64,000 nucleotides of DNA from Callorhinchus milii (lineage: Eukaryota): assembly GCF_018977255.1 (NCBI RefSeq), contig NW_024704743.1, forward strand, positions 6,076,001-6,140,000. Direction: 5' to 3'. Every line of letters starts with the position of its first letter. Positions within the stretch are counted from its first letter, which is position 1. Of the stretch, positions 1-13,796 are shown one piece after another. Made by a program: the position numbers and the translations under genes. Under the pieces are notes generated by a model. The model was not told the origin of the DNA. It searched no databases and worked only from the letters and a program-made list of their open reading frames with translations.

Positions 1-244
1 GGTAAGTGCAGGAGAGTAGAGTTACAATTAACCATTCCACCAGTTGTTTTGTTGTAGCCTAAATGAAGCCACCTCATTGAGTTTTTATTTAGCTCCAACA
101 CTAAAATTCCGATATCTAAAATGTGATTAATAAGGTAAAGTTCATGATTTATTGCAGCTCTGCTTTACCACGTGAAGATTGAATTTTATTATCAATAGAA
201 AGAAAATGTAACCTTGATAATCTTACAACGCTGAGTATGATTAT

Positions 245-646
245 AATTAGCATCCTTGTCTCTGAGTTAGAAGTTTTGAATCAAGCCCCAGATCAGGATG
301 GTTGTGGCTGATACTCCAGTGCAATTCTGGTTATGTTCTGCATTATTGAAGGTGTTGTCCTTTGGATGAGACATTAAACCGAGGACCGTCTGTCTGTTCA
401 GGTGGATGATAAAATTCCCATGGCACTATTGAAAAAGAGTAGGGCAATTTTCCTGGTGTCTTGGCCTACAGTCCCCCAAATAAAATTGGTCACTCACTCC
501 ATGGCTGTTTATGGAACACTTATGTGAAAATAGGCTGCCCTGTTTGCTCACAAAATGCACACAGTCTTACCACTTTATAGTGCATATACTGTGAAGCGCT
601 TTGAAACATAATAAGGTACTGAATTAAATGCAAGGATTATTATTAT
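245..646 (+). mobile_element. Degraded Deu-domain SINE (SacSINE1-like)
   Basis: ggatgagacattaaaccgagg...cccatggcacta...ggtgtcttggcc core; tail gtgaagcgctttga...aaatgcaaggattattatt. Confidence 0.7.
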
Positions 647-3059
647 AATGCTCCTTTAGATGAAATCGAGAAGCAGTATCAAATTCAAGAATTTTTATGG
701 TATCTTCTCTAGATGGAAGATCTTTCTGTGATGTTGTAAATGTTGGTTTAAAGAGAACTGCAGAAAAACCCACTTATATAATCAGTCATACAATCCATTC
801 AATTCCTCTGTCCTCCCTCTATTTTAATTATTGCGACCTTTTCTCAAATGCCTTTGTTCCTCTGATTGAAGTAGTCTGAGATCGTATTATCCCAGACCAT
901 ATTTGTCCTGCTAGGGTATTCTGGATAAATCATGTAACTAAGGACTAAGTTTTTCCTCCTTTTCAGCATTAGTATTGTAACTAGAATTTATGCTATTGGG
1001 TGAGGCTCGTGCAGAAACTATGAGTCTACAGTGACCTAGCAGGAATATAAATGGAGTAGTTGAGCTAAGTGGATCCAGAGCTGCCTGACCACAAGAGTAA
1101 GGAGAAGCTAAGGGAGAAATGAGTAAGATATTCAAAGGAACAGCTTCAATGCCGAGTCATTTTTTAAAAATAGAAAATGATTGTCAAATTCCAACAATTC
1201 ATCAATTAAATAAAAATGTATGTTGGTTAAAAATTACAACAGAGCTGGACAGTATAATTTTGTATTTCTCTTCTGGGAAACACTTGAATAAGTACAACTG
1301 GCTAGAATGAGTCATGCTCATTCTTAATCATCAAAGGCATGTTGTACTACCATCCATAAGCTATCCTCTATTTTCTACATTTGAAAAAGTGTCAGTGATA
1401 GAAACATGAAATCCTCTCAATGTGTTTCCTTTTGATGTTTTGAAATTTAAGACAGATAATGTTTTTCTGTTGAGTTTCTATAAATAGGTTAACTGCCAGC
1501 TAAATTATATATGATATCACTTGTAGCATGAACCTGATTACATCTGTTTCCTGAAAACTGAGTGATTTATGCACTGTATGAAGAATGTTTTCTGACAGAT
1601 TTGGGTAGAAGAGCAATTGTTGCACATCAATGGTAATCATTAGCTCTCTTTCTGCAGTGACTGGTCTTAAGAGAACAAAACCATGCAATTCTACATTTGT
1701 AAAGCAATCTGGATTATTAGGCTGCGTTAGTCAGCATACACGCAGATGATGATGATGGTTACAGCTGGAAAGCATCCAGCAGATTTGTGGAGGATATCAT
1801 ATTTTGAAATGCAAATGAGAGCAAAGTGTTGGAAAATGAATAATCTTCTATCTTCCTTTAAGATCAACAATATTACTGTTTTTTTATCCTTAGAATATAC
1901 TTTCAAAGATAAAACTCCTCTCCCCTTCCCCTCTTGGGAAATATCAAGGCTTTCGAAGAGAAACCAATCTAGATTAGTCATATGGAAGCAACAATGAAGA
2001 AGATGGGGAAACCCTCTGGAACTTTTGAAACTTTCTGCATTCATAAAGTTCACTATGCTTTTGAAAACGTGAAGATATGAAACCTACAGACTAGGATTCC
2101 CCCTCTCTTTTGCCATTTCCTTCATCTCATTTTATTATGAAACAGTTGATTTTCTCACAAACAGGAAAACTGCAACAACACTGGAGCCAGTTGAAGATGC
2201 TTCAGCCCCATTATTCCCAAATACCAACTCCACTGGCCTCTCATTATACCATCATTTGAGTTTCATTTAAGTCTACCCTTGCTAGTAACCTGCTCCAGTT
2301 GTTGATTATGCTCTGTGTAAAGAAATCCTGGTGTGAAACATTTTAGCTCTTAAGCCCCCTACGAATGAACTTCAAAGACTTGGAAACGTGCATTGCAGAT
2401 TTTACATAGACAAAAACACAAAATGATATCCAGGACTTCGTAGAGAATCAGGCTAAATGTAACGGGAGTCGTCCATGAATGAAAGACATAAAAGATATCT
2501 TTTAAAAACTCGTTTCATCCACAAAATATATAGTCTATTCACTTTGCAATATATTCTGTGAAGCGCTTTGAGATGTCTCAAAGACTTGATAAGGCACGAA
2601 AATTTCAGAAACCGTATTCTGTCTGATAATAAGACATTTTCACACAATGATTGCGCGAATAACTTTTTTTTACACTGGGGAAGGCTGTTGCCTTCCTGAA
2701 GCCTGCATATTGGATGAAGATTGCTTTTAACTAGGTTTGTTTTCGGTGTCCGACACCTTATTCACGTGACCTACTGCTCTCCAGAAACTCTCACATTTCC
2801 GTTCTGACCGTTCTGATAATAATTCATGCTGAAATCATTCTTTTTAATTTGAACAACATGAAGTCATCCTTCTTGCTTGCATGAAATTCTTTTATTTACG
2901 CTTCACTTCAAGTAAAATTGCCAGTGGGTGCCTCTGAAGTTGTGCACACAGGCAAGGCACTCAGGTTCATTTCCTGCATGCAAGAGGGAGGAGGAAGAGT
3001 TCTCAGCTGCAGGTCTGCTCAGCATGTAGTTCAATTAGCACAACTACAACAAAGATTTT

Positions 3060-3607
3060 ATATATCAAATGGAAGATTATTATTTGTATTATGATTATTT
3101 GATATAGTGTCTTATCACCTCATAGAAATGTTTCACAGGATTTACTGTAGAATTCAGCAACTGTATGTTTTGTTAGCGAATGTGACACCTAATGTGCACA
3201 CAGCAATGTGTCACAGACAGCCATGAAGTGAATGACCAATTTTGTCTTGGAGAATTGAAGCCAGGATACAGGTAGAGACGTCCTTCTCCTCATCAAATAG
3301 TGCCATGGTATTTGTAGGCAAATGCAGCAGTACAATTGCACACAGCCATGAAATTAAACAGCCATAAAATTAGTGACCAATTTTATTTGGGAGATTGTTG
3401 GCCAGAGCACCAGGAGAAACTTCCTTTGTAAGGTCCTCCTCGGTTTAACATCTCATCTGAAGAACGACACCTCTGACAATGCAGCACATCCCCAGCATTG
3501 CATTCAAGTGTTATTTCAGACAATATGAGTTCCAAATCCCGATGTAGGGCATCAACCCACAACTTTCTGTCTCAAAGGTGAGAGTGCTACTGACTGAGCT
3601 AGGCTAA
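3060..3607 (-). mobile_element. Degraded Deu-domain SINE
   Basis: Reverse complement of tRNA-like head (agctcagtcagtagcactctcacc) and gatgagatgttaaaccgagg core. Confidence 0.65.
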
Positions 3608-5189
3608 CACACCCTATAATTAATAAACGTCTTTCTGTACATATTTTCAAAAAGATTTACTAAGTAAGTCACCTGAACAGTTCAGTGTTCTGTAAAAAAA
3701 AAAAGATCAGCATTGGCAGCCTTCGCTTTTTATGTTGTATCCAATTGTTAATAGTTCAGATTTGAGTGCAATGTGAAAATTGTCTTTGAAAGCGTGACTG
3801 GTCTTTTTAGGATCTGAGGAAGCCTGATTTGCGCAGTTGTTCCTACTTATACTGTTAAAAGTAGGAGCCCAACCTCGTATCTCCATCTGCAATCATTTGA
3901 ATCGTGTCTATCAGTGACAGATAGTGGGCTGCTGTTTCATGCCTTCGGGTTTGGCTTTTGACCTAATTACATCAGTAGTATCAAACAATATGTAGACATA
4001 TCCCAACAGCTATACGTTTGGACTGTAATAGAAGATTGATTTAGAGGTTCCCTAATTCAGGACTTTTGCTTTACCATACAAAAGACAAATTATTTTTTGT
4101 ATTTCTGGTATATTAAAATGAAGGTTAAGTTAAACACTAACTAAATAAATGTAAACAGTGGAGGCCTTATCTAGTTTGTATGTTTATGTGATGATTGGAT
4201 CACATTAGACAGTAGTAATGGAATAAGAAATGGAAACAGTATTCACGCATTGCCTAGGTGTTGCCACATCATATTCTATTTGCAATATTTATTTTGAAAA
4301 GGTAAACTGATGGCATTTAGATTTCTTCTATATTGTGTACACTTCACTGAACTAAGTTGATGTTTCAAACTACTGGTCACCAAGGGAACATTTTTTTTAA
4401 TTGAGCTGGGCGTGGTACACGAGTGATTTGTCAGAGTTTGCACAGATATTTTCCTAATGATGTCACTTCCACAGATGCAATGATTTCTACATTTTCTACC
4501 AAGTACAATAGTGAAAACATAGAGAGGGAGAATTTTGTTGTCGTTGCGCCCCCTTGAGGGAAGCAGCCATTCTCTCTGAAAGTATACACTTTGGCAGGCT
4601 GAAAGGATCCTTCTGAAATTATAATAATAGTTATATAGTTATATTTGTAAATTGGCAGAAATGTTCTTAAAGATTTCAAGCGCTTAATTAACTTAAATAA
4701 CAGTGTTGCATGCGCTATAATTATATGAACCATGATTACATTCCATTTAAAACCCAGGGAACATTTTGTTATTTATTCTTCAGAGCTCAAGTTTTCCTCG
4801 TCTTTCCTCATCCACCAAAAAAGTATATCTTAAGATAGATTAGACCTCATTCGAGAATCCTGGAGTACAGAGTAAAATAATCATCCGTCACACATATCCG
4901 TTGAGTTCCTCACAAAATCCCATATGGCAAGGGTTTACCTCTGTGCCAAGTCGCTGTTGTTTGTAGGAAGGTCATGTCAAGTCAATAACCCCTAGAGCTG
5001 GGTCAGCTACTGGTAATGTTGGATTATTGGGAAATTAAACTCTCTTGTCTGTTTGGAAAGCTACAGGCAAGTACGGAGTGCTTTCATCTCTTGCCAGATA
5101 ATATGAATTTTGAAATGTGCTTTGTTGGAATCGTGAATATTTTTTGGAAGATCGTGGCAGCAGCGTCTGAAAACCATGTTGGGACAAGA

Positions 5190-5572
5190 AGGATTTCAGG
5201 ATCCTCACACTTGTGTTCAAATCCCTTCACACTCCTCCCTACCTCTCTGACCTCCTCACTTCCCAATCCACCACCCAGCACCTCCGGCTCATCCCTCTTC
5301 CCTCCACCCCACCATCGGAGGTCGCGCTTTCAGCCACTACGCCCCGAAACTCAGGAACACTTGCCCTCAATCCCTCCGCCCTGCCCCTCTCTCCGCTTTT
5401 TTAAGTCCCACCTGAAAACCTTCCCCTTCGACTGTGCTTACAGCCACCTCCCCCGCCCCCTCTCTGCGCTCCCCCCTCTCCCCCGGCATGGAGTCAGGCT
5501 CCTCCACTTTTAAGCACTCTGGGGCACTACCCTGTGTGGAGGGCGCTATATAAATGCAAGTTGTTGTTGTTT
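5190..5572 (+). mobile_element. L2-type LINE 3' end
   Basis: C-rich end of ORF2 (PPYLSDLL) and tail gggcgctatataaatgcaagttgttgttg shared with other copies in the window. Confidence 0.7.
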
Positions 5573-6260
5573 GGACAGAGAGTACTGTATATTAACAATA
5601 ATTATCAGAATAAGAACACTAACGTTAGTAATCTAGCATAAAAGCCCAGCAAAATAGATTGTGTTTATCTCGATGTTTAAATGCTGCTGTAGTGGAGTTA
5701 AATGTGTGGTGATTTCTAAATAAGGATTTCTTAATACGGAAACCAGACATTGGTTACACTGATTTGCAGGAACTTTCACTAACAATATCTTTTTTCAGAG
5801 AGGAGATCACTTAGATTGGTGTGATGTGTTGACTTGCCGCTGGTTACCGTATGCTGTCTCCACTCGAATTCCTTTTTAAGGAATCCTGTTAGTAAATGCC
5901 ACATAATAGACTATTGTCAAACCAGAGCCAACTCATCCAAATTTGAAAAGAGGTGTTTGGAACTTGTCGTATAACGCATGACATGTTCAATATTGTGTCT
6001 GAGTTTTTTACTAATTTTAATTGTTTGAGTACAAGTTGCTTTCAAGAATATGATGAACTAATTCATGAATTGGATGCGGTTTTTATTTACACTAATGTGC
6101 TGATAAGTCACACGCTCTGGGTGTGAGGAAAGCTTCGTTTGTTGCTGCACTTTGTATCTTGCTGCTTGCACACGTGATCATTGGCAAACATGCAATGTTC
6201 TGGCTGTTCTGAGTTCATTTGTTTCAAAGTTACTTTGTTTTTTGTGGTTTTTTTCCATAG

Positions 6261-6479
6261 AAGAAAATGAAGTAGTGAAACTGCAGAACTTGACCCAGGG
6301 ATCAGCTGTAGACATGAAAGCAGAACTTGTGCTGCCCAATGGCACAGTCGGGGAGAAATTGATTCCTTGTGCATACAGCACTTTTCAAAATTCTAAATCT
6401 TCACTGAATGGAGAGGAAACGGCAGATAAAAAGACAGTGCTCCAAATGGGACCAGCAACAGACATCAATGGTGAAATAG
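6261..6479 (+). CDS. ACBD5: ACBD5 internal coding exon (low-conservation linker)
   Basis: ttttccatag| acceptor, |gtatgg donor, phase 1->1, 219 nt, EENEVVKLQN...SSLNGEE...DINGEI; phase fits the next exon. Window base 1 is followed by gtaagt, probably the previous donor. Confidence 0.8.
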
Positions 6480-8335
6480 GTATGGCTTCCCATAAGGACA
6501 TTCTCAATTGCGTTTTCACCCCAAATACACAGTCAATCCACTTTACAATATATCCTGTGGAGCGCTTTGAGATGTCTCAGAGACATGATCGGGAACAATA
6601 TCAAATGCAAGGATTATGATGATGATTATTATTATTAATTGCGTTCTGAAGACACAAGACAACCAAGTTTTCTTGGCACTATTTCAAAGAAATGTGAGGC
6701 CTGAAGTTCCACCTAATCTTGGCCAGTTAATCTTTGTCTTAAAATGTTATATGGCACAGAATTCCACGATTTATTTCAAGGTTTATTGTCAATTTTACAA
6801 AACTTTCTATTTAATTCAAATCGATTTGTTCTGCTGCACATTGGAATGTATCCTGCCAGCACTGAGAAATGAAACATTTCAATTTTAAATTGATTTGCAT
6901 AAAACTTGTTATAAAACTTTCCACAATGGAAAAACACAAAGTTTTAGCTCTGTTTTAAAAAGCAAACAAAACAGCCTGTACACTTCGTTTACTTCCTCAA
7001 TAGTGAAGTCATAGGAGTTCTGAGGATATTACCAGCATCTTTAGCATTGAATAAACTAAACCAATGGTCCCAATATGGAAATTGAGCTTATTTTAAGACA
7101 GCTGCGAGTTGTTAACTCATGCCCTATTTATGAGTCAGTTGTAGCATGACTTTGAGTTGATTTACTTAACACATGTAAATGCAAACATAATTTATAATCC
7201 TGGCCTGTTGCACTTCCTATCCCAGCAGTTCCCTTTGTCATAATTTGAGCAGTTTGCTACAGCAGAAAAGCAGACACATTCCTATAAAAATATAATCCTT
7301 GCGTTTGCATTTGATATGATGTCAAAACATTTCACAGTGCTGTACAATAATTGTTTAGTGTTGTGGCTGTATTTGTATGTGAATACCTATCCCTCCAAGT
7401 CTGTTCCTAAGCAGATGCTTATTTTTTAAAGGAGTCAATCGATAAAACATTACTTGTTCTTGTTGGTGGTCTGTTACACTTATTCACTACTCTTTTGGCA
7501 AAGGAGCCATTCTTCCTAACCTAGAAATTCTATGTTTACAATTCAGCTTTTATATTTGTTGGTCCCAATAAATGAACTTTTGAATTCAAATATTTTTAAG
7601 TGCTTTTTCTACTTTCCCGAAAATAGAATCTTTGAATCTTATCCATAAAGATTCAATCCCATTGGAATTTAGAAATTTGTTTGCGATACAGTTAAACTCA
7701 GCATGTGAAGAAAGGGAAAAATTAGCCTGGGTTGCCACTGGAATGTGCCCATACTTGAATGTTAGGATTTGAATGTTAGGGCATCTACAGGATTCACCAC
7801 GGCTCTGATGCTCTCCATGGTCAATATCTTGTCAACACTCACAGCCTAGGATTTTGGATGAAGATTGGTCATGTGGGTAGTATTTTCGATTAATGGTGGT
7901 CATATAGAATCAAACTCCAACATGAGTTCCCAGCTATCTAATTTTTGTCTGACCTGTTTGTATTCTCCAGCCCTGATTCGCCCCTTCAGCCACTACTCAC
8001 GAAACTCTGGAATACTATTCCTCTATCACTCCGCCGTGTGCCCTCCTTCCCCACCTGAAGACCTTCCTACGGTCACCTCCCCTCAACTCGGGGTCCACTT
8101 CACCACTGTTAATTGCTCTGGGACGCTACCCTGCCTGGTTGTTGTTGGTGCAAGGATGTTTTGAAGTAGTTGAAGTAGTTTTGTTCAAATTGTGACCAAT
8201 TACAAGAGCACTTTCTCAGAAAATAGGTGGAAATTTATTATAACAATAATAACGTAAAAAACATTTTAAAAAGTCGATCCCTCTTCTGTCACGAATCACT
8301 CAAAACCAGCCTGATGATGGACCACCCATCCAGGG

Positions 8336-8522
8336 AGACGGTGGAAGCAGAAAGTGTCAATTCTTTCAAAAGCAAATTGGATAGAGATTACTTTTAGGAA
8401 ATAATATCGTGGGATACAGTATATAGTTTGGGACATGACTTGTATATGCCACTGCCAGGTTGGTGGAAGGCGAACTGGATGGACCTTGGTCTTCTTTCGT
8501 CTACCAATTCTTATGATCTTAT
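8336..8522 (+). mobile_element. CR1-type LINE 3' end
   Basis: SFKSKLD-like coding end, then ggatggacc...ttcttatgatcttat terminal repeat. Confidence 0.55.
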
Positions 8523-9623
8523 CTCCTGGGGCAAAATAATTGTATAGATACTCCTTGAACTCCAATAGAAATCAAACTCTAGATGTGCATACATTCCACA
8601 TCTCTGGTATTTCACTCTGAGCTCTTTCCCACCACAAACAATATTCCCCTGTTTTGTTTTCTGCCATCCCACCTGAAATTTATTCCCAGTAGCATAGAAA
8701 CCAGCATACCCTGTAGAATTCAGTGTCTGCATCGATCGCTGTATCCTCCAAAACTGATCCAGACAAATACAGATTCATGTTAACTGCTATCACAAGAGCA
8801 TATCTGATTCACTGAGCAAAGGGAAGATTGAGAATTTCTTTGAGGAGCCCCAGTAAATTGGATTTTTTTAAACAAAATAAGTAGAAAAAAGAAATATGTG
8901 GAAAATATCAAGGATATCAATTATCAACTCTCCTAGGTTCACAAGATGATTAACTTATGAACCTAAATTTTCCTGACAAATTGACAATCCAGAACCAGGA
9001 GCAAATAAATGTTTGATTATTTTTTTCAATGAGCGAGGTTAGGCCTGCTTACCCCCATCAGCCAAATTAGACTGAATGTGATCCACTTAGGGTTGTTCCC
9101 GCAGACAAGCCCCAATCCCCCCCAAGACTCATCTAGGCTCAAAATTGTCAAAGGACAATCCGGACCTGAACCATGTCTTCGCGACCATCCGAGCCTTGTG
9201 ACCAGGTGCTCGAGTGAGCTCTGTGTTCCAGTATCTCTGCTTCCTCTTAATGAGGGCGAATATCAAAGATTACAAAGAATGTACAACACAGAAACAGGCC
9301 ACTTGGCCCTTCCAGTCTGTGCTGGTGTTTATACTCGAGTGACAATTGATAAAATTGTACATAACGTTGCTGGTGTTTCCCTGGACTCTAGGTGCTAAAG
9401 ATTCCTTTCCATTTCTTGTTCAGCCCAGCTACAGAACCGTTTTGATTTTGATTTTGTGCAATTAATTCACTTAGTTACTTATATTCGTTTGAACCACCGC
9501 AAACAATACTAATAGCCTATTTCCACATCAGTCGCCATTGGTTAACAAAATTAAGGTCAGTTGCACAAGTAACTTTTACCTCACTGTGAAACTGAACTGG
9601 GTACACTTTATTTTTAGTGTGAA

Positions 9624-9960
9624 AGCTTGGCTCAGTGGTAGCACTCTCGCCTCTGAGTCAGAAGGTTATGGGTTCAAATCCCATGTCGGGACTTGAAGTC
9701 ACATAATCTAAGATGACATTCCAATACAGTGCTGGGGGTCTAATGCATTGTCAGAGGTACTATCTTTTGGATGAGATGTTAAACAGGGGTCTGTTTAATT
9801 GGTCATTAATTTCATAGCAGTTTGTGAACAATGGTGCTGCCACATTTGGCTACAAATACACAGTCACTCTATTTCACAGTAATTCCTGTGAATAACTTTG
9901 AGACAGCCTTCGATGTGATAATGTGCTATAGCAAGTGCAATGATTATTATTATTATCATC
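9624..9960 (+). mobile_element. Deu-domain SINE, internally deleted
   Basis: Head ggctcagtggtagcactctcgcctctgagtcagaaggttatgggttcaaatccc (A and B boxes), core ggatgagatgttaaac, (ATT)n tail. Confidence 0.7.
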
Positions 9961-10649
9961 GAGACATTTGTACCCCTACAACTTGGAAATTATGACACAT
10001 TGCTGTGCACAAATTGTACTGTCGTATTTGCTTACAAACTGCACAATCACTACACAGTATATCCTGTGAAACACTTTGACACTTCCTCCCAATATGAAAG
10101 GCACTATATCAAATGTAAGGATCATTTTTTTTATTACGTAGCCAAACCTGAAGTAGTCATTGTTAATTCTGGAAATGGATCATACATCAGGGGAGAGCTG
10201 GTTCTGTGGAAAATCAGAAAAATGCCCCCTTGAAACATTCCCAATATCACCCTGATATCCAGGTGAGTGACAGCTCGGACCATCGAATCGTCGCCCAGAG
10301 TCCGCCTTCCCTGATGAGTGACAGCTATAATATTCCAATCTCTGCCCGGATCCCGCCTACCTTTACAAGCGGTGATAAAGGTTTAATGCCAAATCGGTTT
10401 GGCTGTGACGAAGTGGAGCATTCCTCCCAGTTATCTTGGTTTATATTCTTTCCTCTTCCAAGTTTACCCCAATTTCAAGTTAATTGGCTGCTCATGCCTT
10501 TGTTTGTAAGACATTATTGGGTGTAAATTAGCTACAGCATTTGCCTGCACAGCATTCACTTCATTTCTGATGTGATTCTGCAAAACCAACCCCTTTGAGA
10601 ATTTTCTTGTGTGTGAAAGGGGCTAGCTAAATGTAAGTTGTTGTTGCAG

Positions 10650-10756
10650 ATGGGATGGAAAACCACCTTGAGGATATATCAGGAATTCAGCACATTACGA
10701 GTGACTCTGACAGTGAAGACTACTGTGACTCAATGGAACAGCTCGGCTTGGAAGAG
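10650..10756 (+). CDS. ACBD5: ACBD5 exon carrying the FFAT (VAP-binding) motif; GC donor
   Basis: DGMENHLEDISGIQHITSDSDSEDYCDSMEQLGLEE matches recalled ACBD5 GIQHLTSDSDSEVYCDSMEQ; ttgcag| acceptor, GAG|GCAAGT donor, phase 1->0. Confidence 0.93.
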
Positions 10757-11537
10757 GCAAGTCATACAGAGAGCATGATCAGGATTAAAGCTCTCTAATT
10801 ATAAGTAATATTACAAATAATAGTTTAGTGGCTCTCAATAAGAATATCTGAAATGACAAAAAATAATTGAGCCCTTTGACACCATTCTTTCCAGTATACC
10901 AAATTCAGTTTGTAATGTAGCTCTCGTAGATTTGGATAGACAAATATGCCAATGGGTTTCCATATGTATCAGACTCCAAGCTGACCAAAATAAAATACCT
11001 GTACTTACTTAACATTACAATCTTCCGTTCCTTTCAACACGAGACCTAGCTTATTTTTGAAGAACGTAACGAATATTTCATCAACTGTGTTTGATGGAAG
11101 TTTCTTAAGTTTCTTAAGTTTCTACCTGCTGTTTGGGGTGGTAAGGAGAAAGAAAGAAAAAAGTCTTCAGCTTCGAGCTTTTCTTAAGATTTTTCAAATT
11201 TTTTACGAAACCTCCAGACCTACAGTGAAAATGAATATCCTGGTTAGATCCTCCCTGACCATGTCTTTCAGAGTGTTGAAATCCTCTCTTGTTCTTTCTA
11301 CCAACAAGATTAAGTCAGATTCTGTCTGTCAGCCTAACCTCAATGTGTTTTCTAGAACCCTTCAGTTCATGTTCTTTTAAGCAACCAATGTTATACACAA
11401 TTCCCATGGCCTTTTTGACTCTTTCCTGGATCAGAATCAAAATTTACTTGAAACGCTTTTAAAAATGAATATCAAACAGGTCATCTTGTCAGTGCTTTTC
11501 AGTAAATATATTTTTGGGGCCTTGTTCATTTTCTTAG

Positions 11538-11808
11538 ATATCAAAACACATTTCTGATGGAGAGATGCTTAATAGTTCCCCCAAAATCTCAGCAGTTGCC
11601 TACAGCCGGCTATCGGGTAGCACAAGGTGGAACATTCAGCCAGAGTTGGAACATTCTGCCGGAACCATTGAGCTTCAGGGAGAGCATAAGGGAAGAGAAG
11701 GGGGTGTTGCGCATGGTGGTGAAGACACAAAGCCAAGTGGAAGTGGATCTTACAAAGAGAAGATAGCAACTGAAAAAACAGAGTCTCGTGGGCTCAAGAG
11801 AATGAGAG
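11538..11808 (+). CDS. ACBD5: ACBD5 internal coding exon
   Basis: ttcttag| ... AGAG|gtatat, 271 nt, phase 0->1; contains GVAHGGED (cf. EVKHGGED). Confidence 0.88.
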
Positions 11809-12756
11809 GTATATATCTATTACAACAATTGATTTATCTATTGTTTCTTCCCTCCTTACTATCTGTGAAAGGGGTCCTTATGGTTCTTGAGTACACAATT
11901 CTGCTTTACTGCATCCCTAACCCCAAACTATTTGGTGATCTACCTCAATGTTTAGCCACAGTGTTTACCTACAAAAACAATCACTGGACTTCACAGCATT
12001 TCAAGGCGATGAGGTGCTATAAAAATGCACATTTGTTCATTTTTTGGCGTGAAGATATTATTCTCAGTTTTGACTCCTTTGGTATCATCTTGCCTCACGT
12101 CAGATTTTGGTTTCGAGCCCCGAGGAAATGCTGCATCATTGGAGGTGCTTTTTTAAATAAAATGATAAAAATATGAACTTCAGTCTGCCTATTCTTGTGC
12201 TTTAGCTGGATGTTAAATGATACTATTTCAAAGAGGAGCAGAAAGATCTCCTTGTGTCCTGGACAATATTCCTCCCTCCAAATCTATTAAAAAAAGTTCA
12301 TGGATTAATTGATCATGATTTTGTGGAACTGGCAGGTAAAGATTCACTGCCACATTTGCATTAATAAGATCCTTGCATTTGATATAGCGCGTTATCACAT
12401 CATTGAGACGTCTGAAAGCGATTCATAGAATGTATTGTAAAGTGGATTGACTATATTTTATGGGCGAACTTGGCAGCCAACTGCGCACAGCAGTATCCCA
12501 CAAACAGTCGTGGTTTGAGTTTTGCCTTCAGCACACTTCAAAATAGCTCAGTTATGCTCTTAACTAGAGGAATAGGAAGCAGCTGATAAACATCAGAGGA
12601 GGTAAATGAAAAGAAAAGTAAATACTGCCAATTATTGAATAACTTCAGCACAAAAACTAAATTGTCCTGGAATATAGGAGCATTTGTTGATGAATCAATT
12701 TCTTCTGTGCTACAAAGACATAAGATGTAATTTGAACAATCATCTCTATCTTACAG

Positions 12757-12956
12757 GCAACAGAATGCAGTACCTGGGGGACAGTTCTCAGGTTGCACAA
12801 CAGGGTAGTAGTGGTGATGGAGAACGGTGGAATTCAGACTGGGTACAAAATCGGAGCCTGAACCAACAGATTGCTGCAGCGCTCAGCAGGCTCCAGGAGG
12901 ATATGCAGGACGTAGTGGAACGTCTTCACACCCTGGAGGCACTCACTGACTCTCAG
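12757..12956 (+). CDS. ACBD5: ACBD5 coiled-coil exon
   Basis: GNRMQYL...GSSGDGERW...SLNQQIAAALSRLQEDMQDVVERLHTLEALTDSQ; ttacag| and |gtaaga, phase 1->0. Confidence 0.95.
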
Positions 12957-13796
12957 GTAAGAGTTGCCCCCACCACCCCCCCCTCAAAATGTCAGAAAAC
13001 ATATCCTGTGAAATATTTAAGTGTGGGTTTCCATTTGTTGCAGCTACAGGCTATAGAATGCAGAGATGGGTGGTGCAAACTGTAGACTTTGGCGGTGAGC
13101 TCAGTGGAGGGCACGAGTTTGTACTTCGGAATTCTTGCAATTTCCCAAAAGAAAATTGGCCAGGTCAATAAGATGCCAATGATAGAAACACACTGGAAGG
13201 AGGAGGAGGAGGAGGGAGAAATGGCCTGAAGCTTGGGAAACACTTTGGAAAAGTTAATAAAACTGCGTTAAAAGTAAGGGACAGAGAAAAAGATCTTAGT
13301 GTCATTGGCGGGTATCTTGTTAGTATTCGCAATGGCAAGTTGCAGTTTTAGCTGGTATAGCAATACATATCAATACATATTCTGGGCCCCCAATTGTTTA
13401 TGGAATTGGGATTAGGAAGGATTACTTCTTGCAGGAAGCAATCATTGACACATAAAATGAGCCAAATGGCCTCCTTGTACATTTCTATGGTTCTAAACCT
13501 TGGCTCTTGCCAATCTACACCTGAACGCTTTGTGATTAGGTAAACAGGATTTATCTCTTCCTCTCTGCCCCCCACAGAGAGTACACAGTCCATTACCAGA
13601 AAAACAGAAATCATACATATGTGGAACGCTCATTGCTTTGTTTTGGACACTCTTAAACAAGGTCAGGGTTTCCCCAAGTGTCAGATACCTGATTGAGCCA
13701 AAAAGGGAAAAAATGCAAAGCTTAGCATAAATAAAATTCCATATTGAACTTGATTTGCTGTATGTAATATCTGGGCAGTCAACAGCATTTCTGATG

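Noticed and set aside
1500-2080. Purine-rich, coding-looking stretch in an ACBD5 intron
   Set aside because: Multiple stops, no recognisable motif and no splice-compatible frame; cannot be supported without a search.
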